IMG/VR virus record: IMGVR_UViG_3300030330_005822
Span: 1-47,369 of that record
Strand: one strand, 5' to 3'
Length of the DNA stretch: 47,369 nt
Source: a virus
Taxonomy: Duplodnaviria; Caudoviricetes
Part shown: positions 27,184 through 36,406 of the stretch, piece after piece
Layout: each line of letters opens with the position of its first letter
How positions within the stretch are numbered: position 1 is the first letter of the stretch
Notes under the pieces: model-generated
What the model was told of the DNA's origin: nothing
Database searches by the model: none
What the model saw: the letters and a program-made list of their open reading frames with translations, nothing else
Position numbers and translations under genes: made by a program

Positions 27184-28026
27184 CTACCATCCTACATGGT
27201 CTTGAGGTTTATCCTCTTTTTTAAAGTGTGATCCCCATCTAGGAGAATCATGTAGACCCCCATCTATAACCAGGGGAAAGAATGAATTTCTAAATCCAAA
27301 GAATATCGGCATAGAAGGATATCCTTTGATGTTAAATTGAGTCTTTATAGTATCCCAATTCTCAATAATTTGCTTCATTACATTTGCAGTGTTTTCACTT
27401 CCGTATTGTTCAATCAATTGCTTAGCGTGTCCTAAATCACGTTTAGTAAATCTAGGTGGAGGTGTTTTCCATCCCTTAGCCTTCCAAGCTGCACCTAACA
27501 CGAACTCCATATCTTTTGAATTATACTCGGTTGGTGACTTTTCAACAAATGCCTGTAGTTTTTTCCAATGTGCCGGTTTGGTTTGAACAGGAACACGACC
27601 TTTAGATCGATCTCTAGCCAAATCCATCCCGGCATCAATAAGTGCTTTTAGCTCGTTTTGAGACTTAGGTGGCTCTGATTCCTGAAGGTCTCTTTGATCA
27701 TCAGGGATCTTTGCTACATGCTTAATTGCATTCATAAGTGGAGTCCAATCATATGTGTTGCCACGCTTCTTGTCTTGCACTTGAACGAGGTAGTCTTTAG
27801 CGCATAGGCTTCGTAGATACATTCGGATTGTTTGATCTGATTTACCCGTTTTATCACTCAACCACTTCGTACCTGGAAAAGGATTTTGACCAAGCCATGC
27901 ATAGTCTAGGATATGCATAACCAGGAGAGCTTCCTCCATCGTGATATTTAGATCTCGGTAATGTCCAAGCAAAGCACGAGATACACCCGCAAACCCTTTT
28001 TCTTCAACTCCGTTCCAATTAATCAT
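27184..28026 (-). CDS. Replication-initiator-like protein (DnaD-type N-terminal winged helix)
   Basis: LLGHYRDLNITMEE..LVMHIL, FPGTKWLSDKTGKSDQTIRMYLRSL; upstream of the DnaC/DnaB/primase genes. Confidence 0.72.
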   Translation of the reverse strand: MINWNGVEEKGFAGVSRALLGHYRDLNITMEEALLVMHILDYAWLGQNPFPGTKWLSDKTGKSDQTIRMYLRSLCAKDYLVQVQDKKRGNTYDWTPLMNAIKHVAKIPDDQRDLQESEPPKSQNELKALIDAGMDLARDRSKGRVPVQTKPAHWKKLQAFVEKSPTEYNSKDMEFVLGAAWKAKGWKTPPPRFTKRDLGHAKQLIEQYGSENTANVMKQIIENWDTIKTQFNIKGYPSMPIFFGFRNSFFPLVIDGGLHDSPRWGSHFKKEDKPQDHVGW

Positions 28027-28244
28027 TGCAACCCCTCCACATCAGTGTAGTCCATCAAATCCACATCAGCCATCGGCTCCTGCCCATGAACCATACGATT
28101 CATTTGCATGATGATCGCTCGATCTTGAGGTTCTTGTGCAGCATATGTCCAAATAGACTGAAGAACCATCTCTGCAAGGCTTCTTCCGGCCTTGTAATTT
28201 AAATTGATAATAAGTGTTTTATCTTCCGGATTAAGTTTAACCAT
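28023..28244 (-). CDS. Hypothetical protein
   Basis: AGGAG RBS; first gene after a consensus promoter. Confidence 0.75.
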   Translation of the reverse strand: MVKLNPEDKTLIINLNYKAGRSLAEMVLQSIWTYAAQEPQDRAIIMQMNRMVHGQEPMADVDLMDYTDVEGLQ

Positions 28245-28273
28245 GTCATCTCCTTTTTGTTAAAAGTAAGGAG

Positions 28274-28302
28274 AGTATGTGTTTGGTGTTAAATATTGTC
28301 AA
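28274..28302 (-). promoter_or_regulatory. Sigma70-like promoter for the replication operon
   Basis: TTGACA-17 bp-CATACT on the - strand with AT-rich upstream DNA. Confidence 0.7.
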
Positions 28303-28339
28303 TAATTTTTATACATAAAATATATAACAGTGATGATTT

Positions 28340-28600
28340 TTATATATAAAATTTTGGGTTCTTTTTGTAAAAACCTAGTCCATCGTACTCTAATACGAGA
28401 ATCCACTCCCCAATTCGATATGGCCTAGGACCGCTGAGAACTTTTAAAACAACCCACTCTTTTTGGGGATCTAAATTGTTCAACATCAAAGAATTCTCAA
28501 CACATACATAAAGAACATCTGGATCTAAATAGCTGACATCGTTTGTCTTTCTAAAGTTAATTACTCTAGACTTCACTTTTTCTAAATCACTTTTACTCAT
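28340..28600 (-). CDS. Hypothetical protein
   Basis: 86-aa ORF with AGGA RBS. Confidence 0.65.
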   Translation of the reverse strand: MSKSDLEKVKSRVINFRKTNDVSYLDPDVLYVCVENSLMLNNLDPQKEWVVLKVLSGPRPYRIGEWILVLEYDGLGFYKKNPKFYI

Positions 28601-28672
28601 TTTGTCCTACACTTATCTACATGAATATAAAAAACAGACTTTTCAACAACTTTTCTGAAAAAACCTGGAGAT

Positions 28673-28786
28673 CTCTCACGTACGTGCGTGCGAGCGTGTT
28701 TGTTTTATTATCCTAGATAAATAAATATATATATATAAATAAAAACAACACGCTCACGTGTACGTGCGCATACGTACGTAAGAGAG
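28673..28786. repeat. Long imperfect inverted repeat around an AT-rich core; candidate replication origin
   Basis: CTCTC-ACGTACGT...GAGCGTGTTTGTTTTATT / AATAAAAACAACACGCTC...ACGTACGT-aa-GAGAG flanking a (TA)n tract. Confidence 0.7.
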
Positions 28787-28790
28787 TTGT

Positions 28791-29150
28791 TCAGATTCTA
28801 TACTTGAACCAAGAGTAGTGTTTTCTTTTCTCAGAATACTCCAGGTCAGAGTCGTGAGAATAAGCTTCTTGCTCAAATCGAATCATTCTATATGCCTTCT
28901 TTCCATCCCGGTATTTTATATACCCAACAACATAGTCTACTAGATATATGATTAGGAACGGAATGATTAGACACTCTAAATACTGCTGTAAATGGATTCT
29001 CTCGTGATTTTTGACCCTATCTCCTAGCTTACCCCTAGAGAAGACAAAAAAGACGATTGTGATGGCATTTATGTTGATTGGAGAAAAGTAAGAAAGAAAT
29101 ACTGGAACTTTACTGTTCTCAAAATAGATGGGCTTCAGTTTTTTTAACAT
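28791..29150 (-). CDS. HExxH zincin-like membrane-associated protein
   Basis: NAITI, NHERIHLQQ, hydrophobic segment, FEQEAY. Confidence 0.75.
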   Translation of the reverse strand: MLKKLKPIYFENSKVPVFLSYFSPININAITIVFFVFSRGKLGDRVKNHERIHLQQYLECLIIPFLIIYLVDYVVGYIKYRDGKKAYRMIRFEQEAYSHDSDLEYSEKRKHYSWFKYRI

Positions 29151-29174
29151 CGATTTGCTCCGAATAAATTTTAC

Positions 29175-29213
29175 AAAAAAAAATGGCCTCAATTGAAATT
29201 TCAACCAAGACCA
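29175..29213 (-). terminator. Rho-independent terminator
   Basis: - strand stem UGGUCUUGGUUGA / UCAAUUGAGGCCA pairs fully using G-U and is followed by U9; ends the structural block. Confidence 0.75.
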
Positions 29214-29264
29214 TTTTTTCTTTCCTGTCGGAAAGGAGTACCTATAACCTGTAATAACTATACT

Positions 29265-29309
29265 TTATTTTTTAGGCTTTGTCTTCTTTTTCTTCTTAGT
29301 ATATCCCAT
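29265..29309 (-). CDS. Lysine-rich micro-peptide MGYTKKKKKTKPKK
   Basis: AAGGA RBS, ATG at 29309, TAA at 29265; between the fibre gene and the terminator. Confidence 0.5.
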   Translation of the reverse strand: MGYTKKKKKTKPKK

Positions 29310-29318
29310 TATTTATCC

Positions 29319-30689
29319 TTATGCAGTTAATGATGCATAAATGATATCAACGACATCACTAGTTTCTAAATCATATGAACCACTAGCAGCGGGATTCCAA
29401 TACAAAACATCTCCTGCAACGATAGCATTCAAAGCACGAGCACTTGAACCACTATCAGCAGAGAAAAAGCATTGAGAAGAAGTTGCTGCACCCAGGTTAG
29501 CTTTGATTCCGTTTACAAATACAGATACTGCACCACCTGTAGGCACAGTAATACCAGATGGGATCGCAAGTCCTGTGGTTCCTGTTGAACTAGATACCGC
29601 CGAAGGGCTTTGTCCTAATCGATCAGTACGTAAAACAGGAGCTACCAACCCCGTTGAAGTCACACTAACTGAGTTTTCACTGTTAAGCTGTACAGAAAGT
29701 CCGTTGGAGTCTGAAGTCAAAGAGTTTCCATCTTTTTTAATTCGGAATTCACCGCTATTTAACTCAAGGCCACCGGTTGAATTCAATCTAACAGAGTAAA
29801 CTCCCGCTGATCCAAGAAACCCATTAGCGGTAGGTAGGCTTTTATTCAAAATGGTTCCAATACTGAATTGAACATTGTTTGTTCCATCAAAACCAAAGTA
29901 TCTGGGCGTAGTTGCAGAAGAGATTGACCCTGCTGCTAAAGTGGTGTGATCTAGCTTAATTCCACTTGCAGACACAGAAAGTCCAGAGTGAGATGAAACC
30001 GGTGCTACAGATAGTGTGTCGCCTGATTTAGATAAACCGTTTCCGGCAGTGATTGAACCCGCTCCGGAGAATTGTTGAAAAGTCAAATCACTAGAGTCAA
30101 GAGTAATCGTTTCGTTTGTAGTTAATACCCATCCTGTATCTTTATAATTTGTACCTTCTTCAACAAAGAAAAAGTTATTTGCAGAGATGTCGGCTGTAGC
30201 ATCAAAATCTCCTGCACGAGTTAAGACAAAAGAAGTTAAATTTCCATCACCTGTTGCAGTTAAAGTATAAACTCCGTTTTCGGTTTGTGTTGATTGACTT
30301 TGAACCAAAACTCGATTACCTACAACAACAGCAACCCCATCAATAGTCACGTTAAGTGTTGATGTTGGTGAAGTTAATGTTAATGAAGAACTAGAGTATG
30401 TCCAATTGTCAAAATAAGAATCAACATCTATAGCTCGAACTGATTGTTTAACTTCGAGTCCAGAGCCGGCAACACTGTCAACATAAGCTTTGTTAGCTAC
30501 ATCAGTATTGTTTGATGGAGTGCCTGCTTGTAGTGTAGCTGAAGAAAAGTCGTATGTTTGACTTGTAAGATCCATCTTAGATGGAATAATAGCCTCTGCA
30601 GCAATTTTAGCTGTCGTAATCGATAAATCAGCAATTTTCGCTGAACTGATCGCACTATCGGCGAGTTGTTTTCCTTTAATTAAAGCCAT
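29319..30689 (-). CDS. Tail fibre / virion structural protein
   Basis: ANKAYVD..GL.VK.SVRA, IDGV...GNRVLV..Q....ENGVY, FFVEEGT, AGNGLSKSG; S/T/G-rich. Confidence 0.8.
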   Translation of the reverse strand: MALIKGKQLADSAISSAKIADLSITTAKIAAEAIIPSKMDLTSQTYDFSSATLQAGTPSNNTDVANKAYVDSVAGSGLEVKQSVRAIDVDSYFDNWTYSSSSLTLTSPTSTLNVTIDGVAVVVGNRVLVQSQSTQTENGVYTLTATGDGNLTSFVLTRAGDFDATADISANNFFFVEEGTNYKDTGWVLTTNETITLDSSDLTFQQFSGAGSITAGNGLSKSGDTLSVAPVSSHSGLSVSASGIKLDHTTLAAGSISSATTPRYFGFDGTNNVQFSIGTILNKSLPTANGFLGSAGVYSVRLNSTGGLELNSGEFRIKKDGNSLTSDSNGLSVQLNSENSVSVTSTGLVAPVLRTDRLGQSPSAVSSSTGTTGLAIPSGITVPTGGAVSVFVNGIKANLGAATSSQCFFSADSGSSARALNAIVAGDVLYWNPAASGSYDLETSDVVDIIYASLTA

Positions 30690-30701
30690 ACTGGATCTCC
30701 T

Positions 30702-30724
30702 TATTGCAATGTATGGTTAAGAAA
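30702..30724 (-). repeat. 23-bp direct repeat, copy 1 (- strand TTTCTTAACCATACATTGCAATA)
   Basis: Identical to 32908-32930; both copies lie just upstream of fibre-like genes. Confidence 0.85.
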
Positions 30725-30728
30725 AAAA

Positions 30729-31085
30729 TTATCTAATAACTATTTGAACTAAATCACCCGGATTTCGAGGATTTGAATTATCAATAAATTGAGGGCAAAT
30801 GATACCTTGACCATTAGTATTATTGTCTACGTAAACGCCACCATTTTCTACTTGTAGCTCTCCTCCCGAAACAGGAATTGAACGAGATGCTTTTGCTAAG
30901 ACAGGGCCTGCAAAAACGGCATCAACTTCATATCCATCCCCTCTGACTTGTGCATCTGTGCGAGCAACACAAACCGGATGGGCAATAGTATTAGCACGCT
31001 CCCAGAGTTGAGTGGTTGAATTATAATAAAGAACATCGCCAGCAACGATATCAGAGGGGCAGTAGACTTTTAAAAACATGACCAA
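30729..31085 (-). CDS. Small virion protein (cement/fibre-tip-like)
   Basis: IVAGDVLYY, VCVARTDA, AGPVLAKAS beta-rich pattern. Confidence 0.6.
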   Translation of the reverse strand: MVMFLKVYCPSDIVAGDVLYYNSTTQLWERANTIAHPVCVARTDAQVRGDGYEVDAVFAGPVLAKASRSIPVSGGELQVENGGVYVDNNTNGQGIICPQFIDNSNPRNPGDLVQIVIR

Positions 31086-31088
31086 TCC

Positions 31089-31724
31089 TTAAAGTTTGTA
31101 AATGTTAATTGAAACAGCACGCATTTCTTGCGGCCTTCCAACAGCTGAAGGTGTTGTGAGAGCTTGTAATTTTAAACTGACTTGTTGATTTGTTGAAGTG
31201 CTTGTAAATGGTTGAACTAATACAGGCATTTTGTCAGTAGAGCTACTCATTCTAAATTTGGGACCAAAAAATGTTGTATTTGTCTCATCATAAAATTGCC
31301 AAATTGCTTCACCTGATCCATAGTGTTGTAAGCTCATAAATATTAAATAATTTCCTATAGTAGGAAATTGCCAACCATTTTTCCAAGTATTATTACTAAA
31401 ACCGATTGTAATGTGATTTACCCCGTTCTGTTCGATATCTCCATTTTTTACCCTAAACATAAACCTTTGGTGACCACTGAAAGAATAATTTCCCGTGCCG
31501 CCACTATATGCGACTGAAAATGGCGCTATAAAACTATATGCAATTTCTTTCTGTGCTTGCGGTCCTCGATGTGCTGGGATCCAGGATCCTGAACTATATT
31601 GTAAAACTTGACTTTCACTTGGCGACTCAACAGAAACATCAGAAAGATTATTTAAGGGGACGTTAATTTCTCCAGATGTATTCGGAGACTGCCCTCCTAC
31701 TTTAATTTTATTGTGTGACATCAC
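31089..31724 (-). CDS. Fibre accessory protein, MSHNKIKV paralog 2
   Basis: N-terminal ~50 aa closely match 31725-32408; LNNLSDV repeat; divergent C-terminus. Confidence 0.75.
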   Translation of the reverse strand: MMSHNKIKVGGQSPNTSGEINVPLNNLSDVSVESPSESQVLQYSSGSWIPAHRGPQAQKEIAYSFIAPFSVAYSGGTGNYSFSGHQRFMFRVKNGDIEQNGVNHITIGFSNNTWKNGWQFPTIGNYLIFMSLQHYGSGEAIWQFYDETNTTFFGPKFRMSSSTDKMPVLVQPFTSTSTNQQVSLKLQALTTPSAVGRPQEMRAVSINIYKL

Positions 31725-32408
31725 TTAACTCAACTTTTCAATGAAGAGATAAGAGAATTGACTAATTATATCCCCTTGCGGATAAGTAACATTCCCTTGA
31801 CTATCCGTGACGGACACAGGATCTACGTTTTGAACGCCCTCAATACACAAGCCAATTTCAGTTGATGTAGATAGATTAAGATACCCCTGAAGGGTTTGAG
31901 AAACCCCCTGTGCATAACTATCGGCATTTTCTCCAATGACGGAATAAGGAGTTAGATCGCTTTTTGTTCCCGTGGGATCTTCAACAACTCTATACACAAG
32001 GTAACCGCTTGCACTAAATTTAACTCTTACTTGTGAGATTACTTGATATTCCCCTGCAGGCAAAGTTATATATTTAATCCAATCCGTTGACCCTTCTTTT
32101 GTAATTGTTGCGCCGGTTATAGTGTTTGTTGGACTTGTATCATACAAGCGTAATTCATCACCCTGCCCTATTGTGGTCAAACCACTATTAAAATAGTTAT
32201 CACTTGCACCTTCTCCAATATAGATAAATTGAACGGTTGTAGATAAAGAAGAAATCGTAGAGTTAACCCATGAGCCTGAGCTATATTTTAAAACGTCATC
32301 ATTTGACGGAGACGCTGCGGAAACATCAGAAAGATTATTTAGAGAAACTGAGACTTCTCCAGAAGTATTTGGAGACTGTCCTGCAACTTTAATTTTATTG
32401 TGACTCAT
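31725..32408 (-). CDS. Fibre accessory protein, MSHNKIKV paralog 1
   Basis: MSHNKIKVAGQSPNTSGEVSVSLNNLSDVS; TAATG-coupled to the upstream gene. Confidence 0.75.
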   Translation of the reverse strand: MSHNKIKVAGQSPNTSGEVSVSLNNLSDVSAASPSNDDVLKYSSGSWVNSTISSLSTTVQFIYIGEGASDNYFNSGLTTIGQGDELRLYDTSPTNTITGATITKEGSTDWIKYITLPAGEYQVISQVRVKFSASGYLVYRVVEDPTGTKSDLTPYSVIGENADSYAQGVSQTLQGYLNLSTSTEIGLCIEGVQNVDPVSVTDSQGNVTYPQGDIISQFSYLFIEKLS

Positions 32409-32887
32409 TATATGATCTCCCAATTGGTTCCAGATGATGCAACACAGGTGACCGCTTCTTTAGCAATAGACATAACATAAGTTGAGTTGCCTGCTCCTTC
32501 AATTGTGTCGGATCCATTTGCAGTAATCGTTAAGTTGTTGCCTGCTGTGTTTAACTTAATTCGTAATTCCTCTCCACCCGTTAGACCGCTTAAAGCGGGG
32601 AGGTTGAATACAATTGCACCTCCACTTGTATTTGCACCGTAGTGATGATTAATTTCAGCAGTAACAGGGCTAGATGAGTTAGTAATAGACTCATAATTTC
32701 CTGTATACGAGGAGCCACCACCACTACTTAGCGCTTGGAAAACCACATTTGTGCCATCAGAGGCAAGGACATAACCAGACGTGCCAATTGATGCAGGAAA
32801 AGTAAAAGAAGTTTCTAAGGTAGAGTCGTTCGACCCTACGATAAGTTTTCCATTTGTAATGTTTAGTTGCTTTGGCTTTATTTTCAT
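32408..32887 (-). CDS. Short tail-fibre adaptor, MKIKPKQL paralog
   Basis: N-terminus and NWEI C-terminal domain shared with 34646-35620. Confidence 0.75.
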   Translation of the reverse strand: MKIKPKQLNITNGKLIVGSNDSTLETSFTFPASIGTSGYVLASDGTNVVFQALSSGGGSSYTGNYESITNSSSPVTAEINHHYGANTSGGAIVFNLPALSGLTGGEELRIKLNTAGNNLTITANGSDTIEGAGNSTYVMSIAKEAVTCVASSGTNWEII

Positions 32888-32907
32888 GCGTATTAACCTC
32901 GGGGCTA

Positions 32908-32930
32908 TATTGCAATGTATGGTTAAGAAA
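32908..32930 (-). repeat. 23-bp direct repeat, copy 2
   Basis: Identical to 30702-30724. Confidence 0.85.
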
Positions 32931-32986
32931 GAATTAACTTAATTATAATTTAGTTTTAAATGAACTACTTAATTTTTATGTAAAAT

Positions 32987-33445
32987 TTAAAGGACGCTAT
33001 ACATTTTTACAATTAGATCGTAAGTATTGCCTTCTTCGTCTTCGTTAAAAGTGGGCCGTCTACCTGAGTAAGCTCTAACACGTAATTTATAAGAACGCTC
33101 TCCCGTGTAGGATGGTAGCCTAAAAGTTGCGTGCATGACATCCTGACCCTTCAGGTATATGAAAATTTCAGTCCACCTATAACCCGCACCCATCGAGCTC
33201 CAAGTGTCTCCAACCTTCTCCCATAATTCGACCCAAAAATAAATATGGTCATAAGTTGAAGTGTGTAGGTGATTCCATTGAGCGGTTATCTCGTAAACTA
33301 TATAGCTAGCATTTGTTTCACACGTATATGCGACTTCTGTACCCGTTAAATCTGCTTGAGTTGTAGTCAAATCTTGTGCGGAAAGACTGCTATTTTGTAT
33401 AACCATACTTTTACGAAGGCCCGTACCTGTTTTTAACTTATACAT
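32987..33445 (-). CDS. Fibre-associated beta-rich protein (VYE paralog 3)
   Basis: Shares TEVAY..IVYE...F.LPSYTG.R..KL pattern with its two upstream neighbours. Confidence 0.65.
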   Translation of the reverse strand: MYKLKTGTGLRKSMVIQNSSLSAQDLTTTQADLTGTEVAYTCETNASYIVYEITAQWNHLHTSTYDHIYFWVELWEKVGDTWSSMGAGYRWTEIFIYLKGQDVMHATFRLPSYTGERSYKLRVRAYSGRRPTFNEDEEGNTYDLIVKMYSVL

Positions 33446-33447
33446 AA

Positions 33448-33954
33448 TTACCTCGTAGAATAACATTTTATGTGAGGGTAGTAAAATAAGTCCGATCCGC
33501 TAAAGCTTGCCCCACTTTCCCCCCCAAATGCATTAAGGTTGTGTAACCTTATATCTCCGTTCACTCGTTTACCCGATAGCCTTAAGCTTACCTCAGAAGT
33601 ACCCCACGAATCTAATATAAACCGAACTACTACAATAGACTGCATTCGCCTGTCTCCGTGAGTGGAGCCTACTAATACCTCCGTATTATCTCCAAAATCC
33701 GCCCAGCCGTTTCCATCATTCTTTTCTAATTTAATCATAAGGTTAACAGTGGTAGACCCGCTTCCGTCTTTACCCATAAAAGCCGTGTACTCGTAAATAA
33801 CGTGTTTGTCTAGGCTGTTTGTGGGCTTAAAGGCAATTTCTGAATAGTCGATAGTAGTATATGAGCTAGTACTAAAGTTATTCTGTTTTGCGGGACTTGT
33901 CTCTATTGCGGTTTTTTCTTTAGGAGAAAACGAATTTGTGTATAAATACGTCAT
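33448..33954 (-). CDS. Fibre-associated beta-rich protein (VYE paralog 2)
   Basis: MTY start, SEIAFKP..VIYEY, FILDSWGT, LFYYPHIKCYS. Confidence 0.65.
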   Translation of the reverse strand: MTYLYTNSFSPKEKTAIETSPAKQNNFSTSSYTTIDYSEIAFKPTNSLDKHVIYEYTAFMGKDGSGSTTVNLMIKLEKNDGNGWADFGDNTEVLVGSTHGDRRMQSIVVVRFILDSWGTSEVSLRLSGKRVNGDIRLHNLNAFGGESGASFSGSDLFYYPHIKCYSTR

Positions 33955-33965
33955 ATATAAGCTCC

Positions 33966-34649
33966 TTAAATAGAGTAACAAATAATGAAGGGGTTATAAA
34001 ATAGTTCGTCATCCCCTACATCGGTGTTGTCTGACGTTCCCGTTCTTGTCGTAGTTACATGTATTATTGAATAATTATCGGTAGCTGTTGACCTGTGGTG
34101 CTCACTTTTAGTTTGTAAAGCTAGAGTCTTCTGTCCTGTCCACGCAGGAATTACGTATCTTACTTGTAAGAAATCGCTTCCAAAATAGCCAGAAATGGAC
34201 TCGTCAGTTTGTCCATACGAGTTTATGTAATTATCGGTATCTATATCCGCCAAATTATCTATATCTGAACCGTATTGAAGTTTAACAGTGAGATTGTTTT
34301 CGCTTCCGTAATAAGTATATACAGAGTTAAATTCGTAGATTACTTTAGTCGCTCCTGCGGGAGGAGTGTAATCGATATCGGTACCGCATAACAGATTAAA
34401 AGCGTTCGATGTCTTTTGTGCTACTATGATAGCCGTGCCTGTACCACTTCCTGCGGTGGTAGCGTCAGCAAGGAATATTGTATTTGCATTACTGTCTGCT
34501 GCACCCCAATTGGTCCAGGTCGTGTCTCCCGGTGAGACAACTTTATAAAAAGTTTCGGTATCGGGAGTAAAACCATCCCAAGCAAATGTCTCAAAATTCT
34601 TTACTACCTTCAACGCTTTTTGCGGGTGGTTTAAATCAATATAGGTCAT
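33966..34649 (-). CDS. Fibre-associated beta-rich protein (VYE paralog 1)
   Basis: MTY start, TDIDYTP..VIYEF, YVIPAWTG, LFYNPFIICYS. Confidence 0.65.
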   Translation of the reverse strand: MTYIDLNHPQKALKVVKNFETFAWDGFTPDTETFYKVVSPGDTTWTNWGAADSNANTIFLADATTAGSGTGTAIIVAQKTSNAFNLLCGTDIDYTPPAGATKVIYEFNSVYTYYGSENNLTVKLQYGSDIDNLADIDTDNYINSYGQTDESISGYFGSDFLQVRYVIPAWTGQKTLALQTKSEHHRSTATDNYSIIHVTTTRTGTSDNTDVGDDELFYNPFIICYSI

Positions 34650-35620
34650 CTGATTTCCCAATTCCCCGAACCATCTGTAATCACGGTCACAGCTTCATAC
34701 TGCGAAAGTGCCACAGACCCTGCGGTAGTGCCATCTAAGGTTTTACCACTAGCTGCTTGTACGGTTAGTGTAGCTGAGTTCATATTCTTAAAACTTATCT
34801 GACCCGAACCGCTAGAAGGTAAGGTTAACGTAGTAGCTGAACCAATGTTAACAGAATAGTGATGGTCTACTGCGATTGTAAAAGAAGAAGATGTTTGAGC
34901 AGAGTATGTTAAGCCACCACCGCCCCCTGCACTTACAGTTCCCCAACTAGTCTTTCCATTGCCATCGGTTTTTAAATACTGACCAGAAGAACCTTCTGTG
35001 CTAGGCAAAATAAAATCAATGTTTCCCGAAAAATCAGCATGAGGAGGGGGTTTTAAGGATACATAGTGTGCATTACTAGATTCACAGTACATGTCAATCT
35101 TAGCAACACTACCCGTACCTGTACGCATTGCAATACTGCCATCAGTAATTGTAATGCCGTTAGCACTTCCATCTCCATCAACAATAAGATTGTTAGGAAT
35201 AGTAACGTTAGCACTACCATCCATAGTTATAGCAACATTACCACTATTGTCTCTAATGCCATTACCACGAACTCTTAAGTCACCACTTATGTCTAAAGCG
35301 TGGCTTGGGGTTGATGTCCCAATACCAACCTTACCATCATCAGCAATAATCATACGTTCTGTGCCAGCGGTATCAAATCTAATTTTATTTTCATCTGAAG
35401 ATTCTTCTACTTGGATCTTTGTGTTGCTGTCTGCATCAGATATGGAAGTGCTACTTCCACTTGTTGCTTGGAAAATCACATTGGTTCCATCTGAAGTAAG
35501 GACATGACCATTTGATCCTACAGATGCAGGGATGGTATATCCTGTTTCGGTGGATGTAGAAGATCCACCGATTAATAATTTACCGTTTGTAATTTGTATT
35601 TGTTTAGCTTTAACTTTCAT
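34646..35620 (-). CDS. Tail fibre protein, MKVKAKQI paralog
   Basis: DADSNTKIQVEESSDENKIRFDTAGTERM, VGIGTSTPSHALDISG, GSSGQYLKTDGNG fibre repeats. Confidence 0.82.
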   Translation of the reverse strand: MKVKAKQIQITNGKLLIGGSSTSTETGYTIPASVGSNGHVLTSDGTNVIFQATSGSSTSISDADSNTKIQVEESSDENKIRFDTAGTERMIIADDGKVGIGTSTPSHALDISGDLRVRGNGIRDNSGNVAITMDGSANVTIPNNLIVDGDGSANGITITDGSIAMRTGTGSVAKIDMYCESSNAHYVSLKPPPHADFSGNIDFILPSTEGSSGQYLKTDGNGKTSWGTVSAGGGGGLTYSAQTSSSFTIAVDHHYSVNIGSATTLTLPSSGSGQISFKNMNSATLTVQAASGKTLDGTTAGSVALSQYEAVTVITDGSGNWEIR

Positions 35621-35623
35621 ATC

Positions 35624-36406
35624 TTATCCAGTAAACCATCCGATATTTGCATCTGCATATCGAAATGTTTTATGTGTTAAGTCAGAAGAGAGTACATAAT
35701 CTGAATCTTGACCGTTAATCTTATGTCCATTACGTGCTACCGTCACATTTTCTAAACCGAAGCGTGATATCTCGATTGTATCCCCTCTTTGGGCAGTGAC
35801 AGGTAGTGTTGCAGTTAATGATGCACTGTTTGTTTGGAACAAATATGCATTGTTTACTACAACATTTATATCTACTGTATTGATTGCTAGAGGCAATACA
35901 GCCGAAGCAGTAGAAGTAATTGTGATTGTACCAGAACCAGAAGTGATTGAGATATCATCACCGGCAGTTAGGTTAGCATTTACGAAGTTGTTTGAGTTGT
36001 TTCTAATTAAGATCTGTCCTTCAGTCGGACCCGCAATCGTCACGTCTGTAAGGTGATTTAAAGAAGATACTTCACTTGCGCCAGGTACTGATCCATAAAG
36101 CTGTTTTGGGGAATACCAAACAACGAGTTCTTCACCTGCTTCTAGGGCAATATTACTTACCCATGTAATCACCTTGCCATCTAGCGTGTAATCATCTCCG
36201 TAGTCTGCCATTACTGAGTTGAAAGTCACTGTCAGAACAAAGTCCCCATCTCGATCAACCATGGGTTCGTGATTCAACGTAAATGTATTGACCACAGGAT
36301 CAGGGACAGTGAAAACCATTTTCTCCCATGATGCGTCAACCGGGATTGAGATTGGATTCTCATATACTTCTACATTTGTTATATTTGGATATACATCGAC
36401 TTTCAT
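35624..36406 (-). CDS. Tail fibre / adaptor protein
   Basis: DDYTLDG, SSLNHLTDVTI, ATLP...GDTIE...ARNGHKING...IGW. Confidence 0.75.
   Translation of the reverse strand: MKVDVYPNITNVEVYENPISIPVDASWEKMVFTVPDPVVNTFTLNHEPMVDRDGDFVLTVTFNSVMADYGDDYTLDGKVITWVSNIALEAGEELVVWYSPKQLYGSVPGASEVSSLNHLTDVTIAGPTEGQILIRNNSNNFVNANLTAGDDISITSGSGTITITSTASAVLPLAINTVDINVVVNNAYLFQTNSASLTATLPVTAQRGDTIEISRFGLENVTVARNGHKINGQDSDYVLSSDLTHKTFRYADANIGWFTG

Noticed and set aside
31089-35620. Diversity-generating retroelement or invertible shufflon in the fibre genes
   Set aside because: No reverse transcriptase or invertase in the window; paralog differences are not adenine-specific; all genes are co-oriented
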